NCBI GenBank assembly: GCA_029838215.1
Contig: JALGVI010000018.1
Location: 1 to 64,000 of the forward strand
Length of the DNA stretch: 64,000 nt
From: Candidatus Helarchaeota archaeon
GTDB taxonomy: Archaea; Asgardarchaeota; Lokiarchaeia; Helarchaeales; RDOG01
Direction: 5' to 3'
Part shown: piece after piece, positions 28,936 to 38,503 of the stretch
Position numbering within the stretch: position 1 is the stretch's first letter
How the letters are laid out: every line of letters begins with the position of its first letter
Made by a program: the position numbers and the translations under genes
The notes under the pieces: model-generated
The model's database searches: none
Told to the model about the DNA's origin: nothing
Seen by the model: the letters and a program-made list of their open reading frames with translations, nothing else

Positions 28936-30903
28936 CTAATTTGAATATAAATCCTCCACGACATCATCGAGTTTCAGGTCATGTAATTTTTGTTTGGACG
29001 GTTTTCCATCTTTCAAATTCCAGTCCATCGCATCATAAAATTCCTTGACCATCGTGTCCAAATCTATGGTCTTGCCCTTACTTGCACCTGCATCTAATGG
29101 TGGGATTCCCTTTGCTCGATCGGGTAACTTAAAATCCGATGGCTTCAAGCCATCTCGGACATTAAATGCTTGACGTAGATTCTGAATCCGCTCCCCTATT
29201 TCCACTAATTCCTCAAATGTGAAATCCCAACCTGTAACTGCCTTCATGGCATCAAAAAGAGGATACGGTCCGAGATAATTACAGAAGTAGCAAAGACCTA
29301 AGGCATTTAACATTGATTGAGCGAGTCTCGAATAAAGTGCTTGCATTTCACCCTTTCCTTCATACTTCCATCGTTTAGTTTTCGTTTCCTTTACATTCTC
29401 AAGGAATGGATACGAAAGTCCCATGTCTTGCAAACCGATTCCGCCTGCCGTATGTCGTCCTGGTGTTGGATCGGTCACGTATGTCGTACCGAAGCTGGGA
29501 CTGAGTCTAGAATCGTGCATTGGTAATTCTTGACCGTGAACGTGAATGGCATATTTTTCTGATCCTTTTCCAATTACCTCCGACGCTTTTCTGACACCAT
29601 TAGCTAAAACATCACCAAATCCTTCCCTTCTGGCAATCTTGTTCAATATTTGGAGAATGGCTTCGGAATTACCCCACGTTAAATCAATTCCATCGATATC
29701 TTCCTTCGTTAAAATGCCGTTTTCGTAACATTCCATGGCAAAAGCTATCACGGATCCTGCTGAGATCGTATCAAGACCGAAAGAATTGCAGATATGATTT
29801 GCTTCAATTATCGAGTCGAGGTCATCATTGAGAAGTAGGCTTCCAAAAGAAGAGAGTGTTTCGTATTCTGGACGATGGACTTCTTTACTTCCAACCTCAA
29901 GAACTGCACTGCATGGCAAGACGCAGTGTGCGCAGCCGAATTTCTTTTTTACATATTTATCCATATTTTCTCCAGTTAATTTACTGGATTTGGTTTTCAT
30001 GGGAAAATCGCGTGAACCAACACCCGCCCAATTCTTTGTAGGTGAATCACCTAGTTGACATGAAATTGCTGTGAAAACAGATGTTCCGTGCGCGCCCCAC
30101 ATTTCCTTTAAAGTCCCGTAATCAATTGACGTTATTATTCCTCGTTTATACATGGACGGAAGAAAAGGACCGAAAACTTTCAACACGATTTTGTAAAAGA
30201 GATTTGGTTTTCGTTTAAGCCGTTTTACATATTGTTTTTTAAGTTCTTTTAAGTCCTCAGGATGTGCAATTGAGATCTCTTGATTTCCGGTAACTACTAC
30301 GGCCTTTAGTTTTTTTGATCCCATCACAGCTCCCAAACCGCTACGAGCAGCAGCTCTTCCGTGATCATTTATGATGGCGGCAATGAGCGAGAGTTTTTCT
30401 CCGGAAGGACCGATAGAAGCCACCGTGATTTTTTTATTTTTAAATTCTTTCTCCAAGGTGTCATCTGTTTCATGAGTAGTTTTTCCCCAAAGATGACTTG
30501 CGTCCCGAATTTCCGCTTTACCATTTTCTATCAGTAGATATACCGGCTTGTCTGATTTTCCTCTAATAAAGACAGCATCAAAACCCGCTTTCTTAAGTCC
30601 CAAGCCAAAATACCCTCCCGAATTCGCATCTCCCCATGTTTCAGTTAATGGGGATTTTCCAACAACTGAATATCTTCCAGAATAGGCAAGTCCAGAACCG
30701 GTCAACAATCCGGTGACAAACCCAAGAACGGCCTCAGGTCCTAATGGATCTGTCTTTGCAGGCACGTTGCTGTAAATATATCGCACTCCAATTCCGATTC
30801 CGCCTAGAAAATTACGATAAAAAATTTCATCTGGTTTTTCTATTTTTATTATATTGGTGGAGAGATCGACTTCCAAAAATTTACCCATGAAACCGCCTGA
30901 CAT
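28936..30903 (-). CDS. aor: Tungsten-type aldehyde:ferredoxin oxidoreductase
   Basis: KSPLT...ANSGG, AARSGLGAVMGSKKLKA, CAHCVLPC, PEYET, GLDTISAG, LGLCYFC. ATG at 30903 preferred. Confidence 0.93.
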   Translation of the reverse strand: MSGGFMGKFLEVDLSTNIIKIEKPDEIFYRNFLGGIGIGVRYIYSNVPAKTDPLGPEAVLGFVTGLLTGSGLAYSGRYSVVGKSPLTETWGDANSGGYFGLGLKKAGFDAVFIRGKSDKPVYLLIENGKAEIRDASHLWGKTTHETDDTLEKEFKNKKITVASIGPSGEKLSLIAAIINDHGRAAARSGLGAVMGSKKLKAVVVTGNQEISIAHPEDLKELKKQYVKRLKRKPNLFYKIVLKVFGPFLPSMYKRGIITSIDYGTLKEMWGAHGTSVFTAISCQLGDSPTKNWAGVGSRDFPMKTKSSKLTGENMDKYVKKKFGCAHCVLPCSAVLEVGSKEVHRPEYETLSSFGSLLLNDDLDSIIEANHICNSFGLDTISAGSVIAFAMECYENGILTKEDIDGIDLTWGNSEAILQILNKIARREGFGDVLANGVRKASEVIGKGSEKYAIHVHGQELPMHDSRLSPSFGTTYVTDPTPGRHTAGGIGLQDMGLSYPFLENVKETKTKRWKYEGKGEMQALYSRLAQSMLNALGLCYFCNYLGPYPLFDAMKAVTGWDFTFEELVEIGERIQNLRQAFNVRDGLKPSDFKLPDRAKGIPPLDAGASKGKTIDLDTMVKEFYDAMDWNLKDGKPSKQKLHDLKLDDVVEDLYSN

Positions 30904-31339
30904 GTAATTTTGCTCCTCTATAAATTCTTCGTGTCCAATACATAACATGAATTGATGATAATTTATATTTTTTCAATTATTGTATTTTATCTCAGTGTTA
31001 TATTTCCTATGTTTTAAAATACCTTTAAAAAAATTCATGTATTGTTTTTAATTAATGATTTATTCATGATTTCAAAACAACATCAAGGCGGAGAAATTCC
31101 TTCAATGAAGAGGCATCAGATTTTTTTTAAAATAGTTCCTTATTTTTTTCATTTTAAAGGTAAATCTTGCCGTTATATCTTCCATTCAACCCTGGTCTTG
31201 CTTTTTTCATGGAATTGCTTGCCAACGTCTATGATTAGAACGATGGCTTCATTTTCTGATACTTGCTTTAGTAACTCATAGCAAAGATTTTTGTAGAAAT
31301 TCTTGCTTGTTTAATCAAAATCTCAGGACTTGAAAGTAC

Positions 31340-31720
31340 ATGTCTGATTTCTTTTCTCTCCTCGTTCCATTTTTGGATGTCACGTTGAGCATTGTTAAAA
31401 TGGTAAAACAAGGCGATCTTGCAATGAAAAATAAGTGTTCAACTGAATACATGGACGCAGCAGCGATCTGCATGATGCATCCCAACTTAATAAAACGCTT
31501 GGGAATGAAAGAAGGGAATGTCGAACTTCAAACGGATCATGGACGTGTGGTTCTAAAAGCGACCTCGAATCCCGAAGAAGAAGTTCCTGAAGATCTCGTA
31601 TTGGTGCCATATGGACCTTGGGCTCAAGAACTAACGAATACGTCCAAAGATGGATTGATCATGAAGAATTTGAAGGCAAAGATTCGCACGTCGAAGGAAG
31701 AAATTCAGAAATATTGGTGA
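31340..31720 (+). CDS. FwdD-like molybdopterin-dinucleotide-binding domain protein (divergent)
   Basis: ICMMHP...LG...V.L.T.HG.VVL...VPYGPWA. The canonical TGRT..QG reads VKMVKQG. Confidence 0.75.
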   Translation: MSDFFSLLVPFLDVTLSIVKMVKQGDLAMKNKCSTEYMDAAAICMMHPNLIKRLGMKEGNVELQTDHGRVVLKATSNPEEEVPEDLVLVPYGPWAQELTNTSKDGLIMKNLKAKIRTSKEEIQKYW

Positions 31721-31732
31721 GGCGGATTCCGG

Positions 31733-32209
31733 ATGAGTCCATTGACGACCTTTCAAATCTACAAATTACTTCCTAAGACAAATTGCAAGAAATGTGGTGA
31801 ATCTACTTGCATGTCTTTTGCAATGAAACTCTTGAATCGGACTCAAGAACTTCAAAATTGCACTCCCCTGTATGATGAACCTCAATACGAAAAAAACCGA
31901 AACGCGTTAGAAGAACTTTTTGCTCCAATGCTTCGAAGTGAAATACATCCTTCGGGCGTGTCGATAGATCCTGACTTATGCACGGGTTGTGGAAACTGCG
32001 TCACGGCTTGCCCTCCGAATATTCGAGCAGTACCTGAGTGTGGTAAAGGAATTGGACCCAATTCTGAAGATGTTATCTTCAAGATCGATAATGGCAAAGT
32101 GAAAGTCCTAAAATTAGACAGATGCCGTCGGTATGAACCCCCTAAAACGGCTTGTCGCATCTGTGAAACATATTGCTATTCTAAAGCAATTACAATCGTG
32201 GGGACATGA
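31733..32209 (+). CDS. Fe-S protein: N-terminal CxxC-x4-C FeS module fused to an FwdG-like 2x[4Fe-4S] ferredoxin
   Basis: LPKTNCKKCGESTC, CTGCGNCVTACP, and C...CRICETYC. Confidence 0.8.
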   Translation: MSPLTTFQIYKLLPKTNCKKCGESTCMSFAMKLLNRTQELQNCTPLYDEPQYEKNRNALEELFAPMLRSEIHPSGVSIDPDLCTGCGNCVTACPPNIRAVPECGKGIGPNSEDVIFKIDNGKVKVLKLDRCRRYEPPKTACRICETYCYSKAITIVGT

Positions 32210-33474
32210 GAATGGGTGATCTTAAAAAAATTATATGCGTGGGTTGTTCGCTTCTATGCGATGACATCATGATTGAATTAAAGGATAAAGAATTGGAACA
32301 TGTATATCATGCTTGTAGTAAGGGATATTATTATTTAAAATCTCTAAACGACTCAAAACGCCACTTAAAGTCTCAACTCAAAGATGGTAATGAATACAAG
32401 GATCTTGAAATCCAAGATGCCATTTCAAAAGCCGCGGAAATGATAAAAAGTTCCAAGCACGTCCTGATCTATGGACTAAATAATTCTTCTAATGAAGCAA
32501 TCGGAACAGCCATTGTACTTGCAGACAAGATAGGGGGTTCTATAGACAGTTCTGCAACATATTATAAAGGAATGGCCATTCAACAAATCCTGTCGAAAAA
32601 ATTGCCCGTGGCTAATTTCAAGGACATCATGGATAAAGGCGATACAATTCTTTTTTGGGGAACGAATCCCAGCAGTTCCCATCTGCGTCTTCTAAGTAAA
32701 TATGTCGTTCTAACTCGTGGTGAACTCACGCAGAAGGGAAAAGAAGATCGTAATGTCGCATTAATTGACATTTTTAAGACACAAATGCGACGCCTTTCAG
32801 ACATCTTCTTGCGTGTTAATCCCGGTGAGGATGACCAATTACTCCAAGCATTGATAGACCTGATCGATGGGAAACCTCTACAAGCAGAAAAAATTGCAGG
32901 AATCCCGAAATCTGAAGTTGAAGACCTTACTAGCACGTTAAAAAGAATTGATTTCGGAGCAATCTTTTTTGGTTCAGGGTTATTTAATTCAAATCTACAA
33001 AACATCTCATCATTAATTACTCTTGTAAACAAGCTAAATTCCGATACAACAAAAATCTCAATGATTCCCACTGCAGTTCTGACAAATACCGTGGGTTTTT
33101 GTAAGATAATGCTTGACAAGACAGGATCGGTGAATTACGATTTTGATACAAAATCTCCTAAATCTTTGATAGAAGAGGTAGGTAACGGGAACGTGGACTT
33201 GCTCATTTTAGTTAATTCCGATCCATTCGAACATCTTCCCGCATCAATTACAGAAAAACTCAAAGAGATCCCCATCATTTCATTAACAACTCACCCCGAT
33301 CTCTCCACGAAACATGCTGAATTAATCATTCCAATCTCATTGTTTGGTCTTGAACACGGTGGAACCCTGAATCGAATGGATTTCACGGAGATTAACGTGC
33401 AAGGTTGTCTGGAGCCGCCCGAAAAAGTATGGTCGGAAGAAAAGATATTAAAAGAAATCATGAACAAGCTTTAA
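32206..33474 (+). CDS. FwdB-like protein lacking Mo/W-ligand residues
   Basis: CVGCSLLCDDI...HAC, WGTNPSSSHLR, GEDDQLL, FFGSG, SDPFEHLP, GTLNRMD. The active-site VCHG reads YYKG. Confidence 0.85.
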   Translation: MRMGDLKKIICVGCSLLCDDIMIELKDKELEHVYHACSKGYYYLKSLNDSKRHLKSQLKDGNEYKDLEIQDAISKAAEMIKSSKHVLIYGLNNSSNEAIGTAIVLADKIGGSIDSSATYYKGMAIQQILSKKLPVANFKDIMDKGDTILFWGTNPSSSHLRLLSKYVVLTRGELTQKGKEDRNVALIDIFKTQMRRLSDIFLRVNPGEDDQLLQALIDLIDGKPLQAEKIAGIPKSEVEDLTSTLKRIDFGAIFFGSGLFNSNLQNISSLITLVNKLNSDTTKISMIPTAVLTNTVGFCKIMLDKTGSVNYDFDTKSPKSLIEEVGNGNVDLLILVNSDPFEHLPASITEKLKEIPIISLTTHPDLSTKHAELIIPISLFGLEHGGTLNRMDFTEINVQGCLEPPEKVWSEEKILKEIMNKL

Positions 33475-33508
33475 TCACACAGTTACATCCCTTTTCGTTT
33501 TCCTCCAG

Positions 33509-34138
33509 GTGGTTTTGATCACGATCTCCAAAAAAAAGTTACAAATTCTTCTTCAAGGGTTAAAACCACACTCCGTCCCTGATATAAAGCTTGAACAATA
33601 TCCCTTAGATGCAAACACGACAGCCGAAATAATTTACATTGCTGGCTTCCTTAACAATGACATCGTTGATAAAAAAATAATCGATCTTGGTTGTGGAAAT
33701 GGGCAACTGGGGCTCGCTGCTTCTCTTTTTGGAGCAAAGCAAGTCATCGGAATCGAAATAGATCCCGCTGCAATTGCAGTCGCTAAAGAAAATCAGGAAA
33801 TACTTGGCGTGGAAAATATCGAATTCATGCTGAAAGACATTCACGACATTGCCATCACGGGTGATACGGTCCTGCAGAACCCACCATTTGGCGTGCAGGT
33901 TCGTGGTAAAGATATGGAATTTCTCAAAAAAGCATTTCAAATCGCTCCGGTTATTTATTCCCTCCATAAACGAAGCATCAAGAATAGACAATTTATCATG
34001 CAGGTCATTGAGCGTGCAAGCCGCTCGGTTCGTGGCATTTTTGAACTCGATTTCAATATCCCGCATTTATATGAATTTCACGCCAAGAAATCCAAGAAAG
34101 TTCAAGCAGACTTGTGGAGAATCACCACTTCTTCCTGA
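33509..34138 (+). CDS. METTL5-family N6-adenine RNA methyltransferase
   Basis: LEQYP, DLGCGNG, IEIDP, NPPFG, IYSLHK, HLYEFH. Confidence 0.9.
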   Translation: MVLITISKKKLQILLQGLKPHSVPDIKLEQYPLDANTTAEIIYIAGFLNNDIVDKKIIDLGCGNGQLGLAASLFGAKQVIGIEIDPAAIAVAKENQEILGVENIEFMLKDIHDIAITGDTVLQNPPFGVQVRGKDMEFLKKAFQIAPVIYSLHKRSIKNRQFIMQVIERASRSVRGIFELDFNIPHLYEFHAKKSKKVQADLWRITTSS

Positions 34139-34296
34139 TTTTGAATGATATCCTAACCAGAATTATCCTCATCTTCTCTCTCTTTCTCGCCAAAATTATC
34201 ATATTTGTCAATCTTTTGATAATCCGATAAGACTATAAGATGGTAGTTGTATTTTCTTTATGTACTTAGATCTGAACTCGCGGAGAATCCGAGAGC

Positions 34297-34710
34297 ATGA
34301 AAGACATAGAAGAAATTTGGATAATAAACTCGAGCGGAATCCCCGTTTTTAACGTGCAAACGGCTTCGGACTTGGATCCCATTCTGGTTGCGGGTTTTTT
34401 ATCATCACTTGAAACATACGTTAAGTCGATGGGCGATAAGAAAATAAACTCTATTTCTCTGGGAGAATCGAAAATAATCTTAAAGCACGGAAATCACGGA
34501 TTTCTATTCATATCAAGAAGTAAAAGAAATGCAAAAGAAAAAAAGATCATGAAAAGCCTTGATCTAATCGAAAAGGAATTTTTCAAGAAGTATGAACACA
34601 TTCTAGAAAAATGGAGCGGTGATACAGAAGTTTTCGAAGATTTTATTTCAGATATTGATAGAATTTTTAAAACTTCTGCAGAAACGAAAGCAAAAGAATC
34701 CCTGTGGTAA
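34297..34710 (+). CDS. Longin-like domain protein (Asgard type)
   Basis: IWIINSSGIPVF...DPILVAGFLSSLETYVKSM...F..KY...L.KWSGDTEVFEDF. Confidence 0.75.
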   Translation: MKDIEEIWIINSSGIPVFNVQTASDLDPILVAGFLSSLETYVKSMGDKKINSISLGESKIILKHGNHGFLFISRSKRNAKEKKIMKSLDLIEKEFFKKYEHILEKWSGDTEVFEDFISDIDRIFKTSAETKAKESLW

Positions 34711-34840
34711 GCCATTAGGAGAATTTGTATTTCTTATTTTTAAAGCCCTCAAAAAAGTTTTTAGTCTCAACTTGTACAAGTTTTACTTGAATCAATTTCC
34801 CAATACATGATTGATATAGCGTTTTTAGAGGTATTCAAAA

Positions 34841-35395
34841 ATGAGCAAGAAAGCCCCTTCAGAATCAGATGAGAAACCAATAAAATTCCTTTTAATGGGA
34901 TTGGATAATAGCGGCAAAACCTCAATAGCACTTTGTTTGAAGAAAAGTACAAATCTACTAAGTTACTGTCGGCTTAAACCCACGCCGGGTGTGAACGTGG
35001 TGAATATCCTAGAAGGCGACCGGAAATTTGCGTTATGGGATCTTGGTGGTCAGGAGCGATATAGGATTGAGTACCTTGAAAATCTAAACAAGTATACAAA
35101 AGAAGTAGACAAAATCCTATTCGTGATTGACGTGCAGGATATCGAAAGATACGGGCTTGCATTGGATTATCTAAAAAATGTTGTTGATTTTATTATATCA
35201 AATAGAATTCCTGTTGAACTTTCAGTATTCTTGCATAAATTTGATCCAAATCTGGAAGAGCTTGGAGATTTCTCCCCTGAGAAAATCACCGAAAATTTGA
35301 TTAATAAAATAAATGAAATCATCCCGGCAGATCTTTCATGTAAAATTTTCAAGACGTGTATTTATTCGATTTTTCAAAAAACATTGCTTTCCTAA
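34841..35395 (+). CDS. Small GTPase, Arf/Rag-like
   Basis: G1 GLDNSGKT, G2 PT, G3 WDLGGQ, G4 LHKFD, G5 KTCI. Confidence 0.9.
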   Translation: MSKKAPSESDEKPIKFLLMGLDNSGKTSIALCLKKSTNLLSYCRLKPTPGVNVVNILEGDRKFALWDLGGQERYRIEYLENLNKYTKEVDKILFVIDVQDIERYGLALDYLKNVVDFIISNRIPVELSVFLHKFDPNLEELGDFSPEKITENLINKINEIIPADLSCKIFKTCIYSIFQKTLLS

Positions 35396-35424
35396 GCGAT
35401 TCGGCAGAAACAGAGGACACTTCT

Positions 35425-35862
35425 ATGAAAAATGTAAGAAGCGTTTTGATTCTTGACGAGAAGGGAAAAGAACTATTTTTTCAACAACATGGACCGCAGG
35501 GCTCTACCGATGTAAATACGACGTTATTCACCAATCTCATAAATGCCCTTCAAATGTTCGTTAAGGATATTGGTGAAAAACACCTTGAACGGCTGGAGTT
35601 GGATGATTATAAAGTATTTATAGCACGAAATGAAAATTTAAGGCTGTCTTTCATAGTCCAGACGGAAATTAACATAAAAGATAAGAAAATGTTCAAATTA
35701 TTAGGACAAATTGAAAAAGTTTTCTTGAAGAAATATGGAAAATACTTGAAATCACCCGAAAAAATCCGAATGCATATCTTGGGATCGTTCAAGAAGGATC
35801 TCGATAAGATCTTGGGTCAAGACATCGAAAAACGCGTCGGGAACTTTCTAGATTCCCTCTAA
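35425..35862 (+). CDS. Longin-like domain protein
   Basis: VLILDEKGKELFF...LFTNLINALQMFVKDIG...L.QI...FLKKY. ATG at 35425 preferred to the overlapping start at 35356. Confidence 0.72.
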   Translation: MKNVRSVLILDEKGKELFFQQHGPQGSTDVNTTLFTNLINALQMFVKDIGEKHLERLELDDYKVFIARNENLRLSFIVQTEINIKDKKMFKLLGQIEKVFLKKYGKYLKSPEKIRMHILGSFKKDLDKILGQDIEKRVGNFLDSL

Positions 35863-35979
35863 TTCTTGGAAAAAAAAAGCGTTTTCGATAAGGAATCGAT
35901 GAGAAATAAAAATAAATTATTTTTACATCTCATGCATGTATTTTTAAGATCATGGATTTAGACAAATTGAGGAAATAAA

Positions 35980-37899
35980 ATGAAACTACTCGAACCACTC
36001 CAAATCAAGAATATACGATTAAAAAACCGTGTTGTTTTACCACCCGCAGACACGAATTTTGCAGACACTAAGGGAAATGTCACGCAAAAAAGTTTGGATT
36101 ATTATGAATTGCGAGCAAGAGGGGGAGTAGGTCTCATTTATATTGAAGGCACCTACATTGACACTGCGGGAAAAGGCACGCTGAACATGCTTGGCATTTA
36201 TGACGATGCCAAAATAGAAGGATTATCGAAACTCAGTTCAGTCATTAAAAACCATGGTGCGTCGGTAATCATACAAATGTTTCATGCGGGTGCTCAAGCA
36301 TCACGACTCATAACCGGACAACAACCCGTTACAGCTTCCGACGTTCCTTGTAAGTTAATAGGCGAAACGCCACGCTCTCTATCTATTGGCGAAATAAAGA
36401 AAATCGTTAAAATTTATGGTGAAAGTGCCATTCGGGCGAAAAAAGCAGGATTTGATGGCGTGGAGATTCATGCCGCTCACGGTTACCTCTTAAACCAATT
36501 CTTATCACCTCGAACAAACAAACGCACCGATGAATATGGTGGAACTCTCGAAAATAGGATGAGATTTCTCCTAGAAGTATTCGATGAAACACGAAAGCAA
36601 GTGGGAAATGAATTCCTCATATCGGTTCGGTTGAATGGGAGCGACTACGTGCCGGGTGGGCTGGAAATCGAAGAGACCGTGAAGATAGCGAAACGAATGG
36701 AAGAAAAAGGTGCAGATATTATCAGCATAACGGGAGGTATTTACGACGATCCTGGATATCACATCATCCCATATATGAATGCCCCGCGGGGAACTCACGT
36801 GAAATTCGCCGCATCTGTTAAGAAAGTGCTGAAAAACGTTCCCGTAATTGCAGTAGGGCGGATCAATAATCCTGAAATGGCTGAGTCTATCTTACAGAAA
36901 AATCAAGCAGATCTAATAGCAATGGCTCGTGCTCTGATAGCAGATCCATTTTTCGTGCAAAAGATCGAAACAAATAAAGAAAAAACAATCATCCGATGCA
37001 TTGCTTGTAACAATTGCGCAAATAATTTGCTTCTTCAATCTGAAATCAGTTGTGCCGTGAACCCAAACCTGTTTAAAGCAGAAAATGATATCGAAACCGC
37101 AGGAGAAAAGAAAAAGATATTGGTTGTCGGAGCTGGTCCTGCAGGACTTGAAGCCGCAAAAATCGCAAGGTTAAGAGGGCACGACGTGGTTGTTATCGAG
37201 AAGGAACCTCAGATCGGAGGAGCGCTTAACATTGCAAGCGTGGCACCGGGAAAGGAAGAAATAAAATCCCTAAACGAATATTTTAATTTCATTTTACCAG
37301 AACTTGGCATTGAATTGCGATTAAACACGCCCCTTTCATTGGATTTAGTTAAAGAAGTCAACCCAGATACCCTTATTGTAGCAACCGGAACCGTCCCACT
37401 CATTCCGGATATTCCTGGATTAAATGAAGTTCCATACAAATTATATTCTGACGTGCTATCGTCACGAGATTTGCCTAAAGGACAAAATATTGCCATCATC
37501 GGAGGAGGAATGGTGGGAATCGAAGTTGCAGAACTTTTATCCAGTAAAGGCAAGCAAATCACAATTATCGAGCAAATGAAAAAACTGGGTTCCAACATTA
37601 TCCAAATGGTAAGTATTGTCACGATACCTCATGTCACGGAAAATCCTGCAATAAAAATTCATTTATCTACAAAAGTGAAGGAAATATCAGGTAATACACT
37701 TCATTGCATGACGAAGGATCAACCAATTACAATAGATTTCGATGATTTGGTAATTGCCACGGGTGTGAAACCACATCAACCTGTTTCTGATGAAATAAAG
37801 GAAATCGTATCAAACGTTAAAGTCATTGGAGATGCAGCAAAGCCAAAAAAGATTGCTGATGCCGTTCAGAAAGCATATAAGGTCGGATTGAAACTTTAA
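35980..37899 (+). CDS. NADH:flavin oxidoreductase (OYE barrel + FeS + FAD; 2,4-dienoyl-CoA reductase/BaiH-like)
   Basis: GFDGVEIHAAHGYLLNQFLSP, DEYGG.LENR, CIACNNC...CAVNP, VVGAGPAGLEAA. Confidence 0.92.
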   Translation: MKLLEPLQIKNIRLKNRVVLPPADTNFADTKGNVTQKSLDYYELRARGGVGLIYIEGTYIDTAGKGTLNMLGIYDDAKIEGLSKLSSVIKNHGASVIIQMFHAGAQASRLITGQQPVTASDVPCKLIGETPRSLSIGEIKKIVKIYGESAIRAKKAGFDGVEIHAAHGYLLNQFLSPRTNKRTDEYGGTLENRMRFLLEVFDETRKQVGNEFLISVRLNGSDYVPGGLEIEETVKIAKRMEEKGADIISITGGIYDDPGYHIIPYMNAPRGTHVKFAASVKKVLKNVPVIAVGRINNPEMAESILQKNQADLIAMARALIADPFFVQKIETNKEKTIIRCIACNNCANNLLLQSEISCAVNPNLFKAENDIETAGEKKKILVVGAGPAGLEAAKIARLRGHDVVVIEKEPQIGGALNIASVAPGKEEIKSLNEYFNFILPELGIELRLNTPLSLDLVKEVNPDTLIVATGTVPLIPDIPGLNEVPYKLYSDVLSSRDLPKGQNIAIIGGGMVGIEVAELLSSKGKQITIIEQMKKLGSNIIQMVSIVTIPHVTENPAIKIHLSTKVKEISGNTLHCMTKDQPITIDFDDLVIATGVKPHQPVSDEIKEIVSNVKVIGDAAKPKKIADAVQKAYKVGLKL

Positions 37900-38306
37900 T
37901 CCCTTTCTTTTTTAATGACTTCATCCATGCTTCTCAACGCAATTGCCAAATCACTTGATTCTGCAATCATTGAGCTGATAAGAATCGTTTCAAGGATTTC
38001 ATCATTCGTTGCTCCCAGTGCGAGCGCATCCTCCACGTGCACTTTTATGCAATGCGTGCATTTTTGACTCACGGCTGCAGATAATGCAATTAACTCTTTC
38101 ATTTTTGGGGGTATCGTTGATTTTCGGGATCGCATCACGGAGTTGTTTTTTACAAAAAGACCAACAATGCGCTCGGGATGTTCCTTGAGAACCCGATAAA
38201 TATAAGGTACTGAACCATAAAGTTTTTCCAAACGTGATAAAATGTCATCGACATGGTTTTCCAAATCACGGATTTTTTGCTTCAATATTTTCTCTTCAGT
38301 CATCAT
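37896..38306 (-). CDS. Carboxymuconolactone decarboxylase/AhpD-family protein
   Basis: KMKELIALSAAVSQKCTHCIKVH...A...GAT..EI.E. Confidence 0.88.
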   Translation of the reverse strand: MMTEEKILKQKIRDLENHVDDILSRLEKLYGSVPYIYRVLKEHPERIVGLFVKNNSVMRSRKSTIPPKMKELIALSAAVSQKCTHCIKVHVEDALALGATNDEILETILISSMIAESSDLAIALRSMDEVIKKERD

Positions 38307-38503
38307 ATATCTTTCCTTTTCGCTCTTATTATCATGTAATGAAATTGAATTTTAATCCATTTAATTCTTGTAGTGAAACTCCTTAAAAGATTTTCATCCC
38401 CTTCGTTCATTTTCAACAATTTAAATGATAAGTCAGAAAAGAAACAAGTACGAGAATAAACTTTTTTATCTCGTCGATTCATATTAATCAAGATTCATTT
38501 GAG

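Noticed and set aside
32530-32580. Selenocysteine at the FwdB active site
   Set aside because: The codon at the Cys position is TAT, and the ORF has no in-frame TGA.
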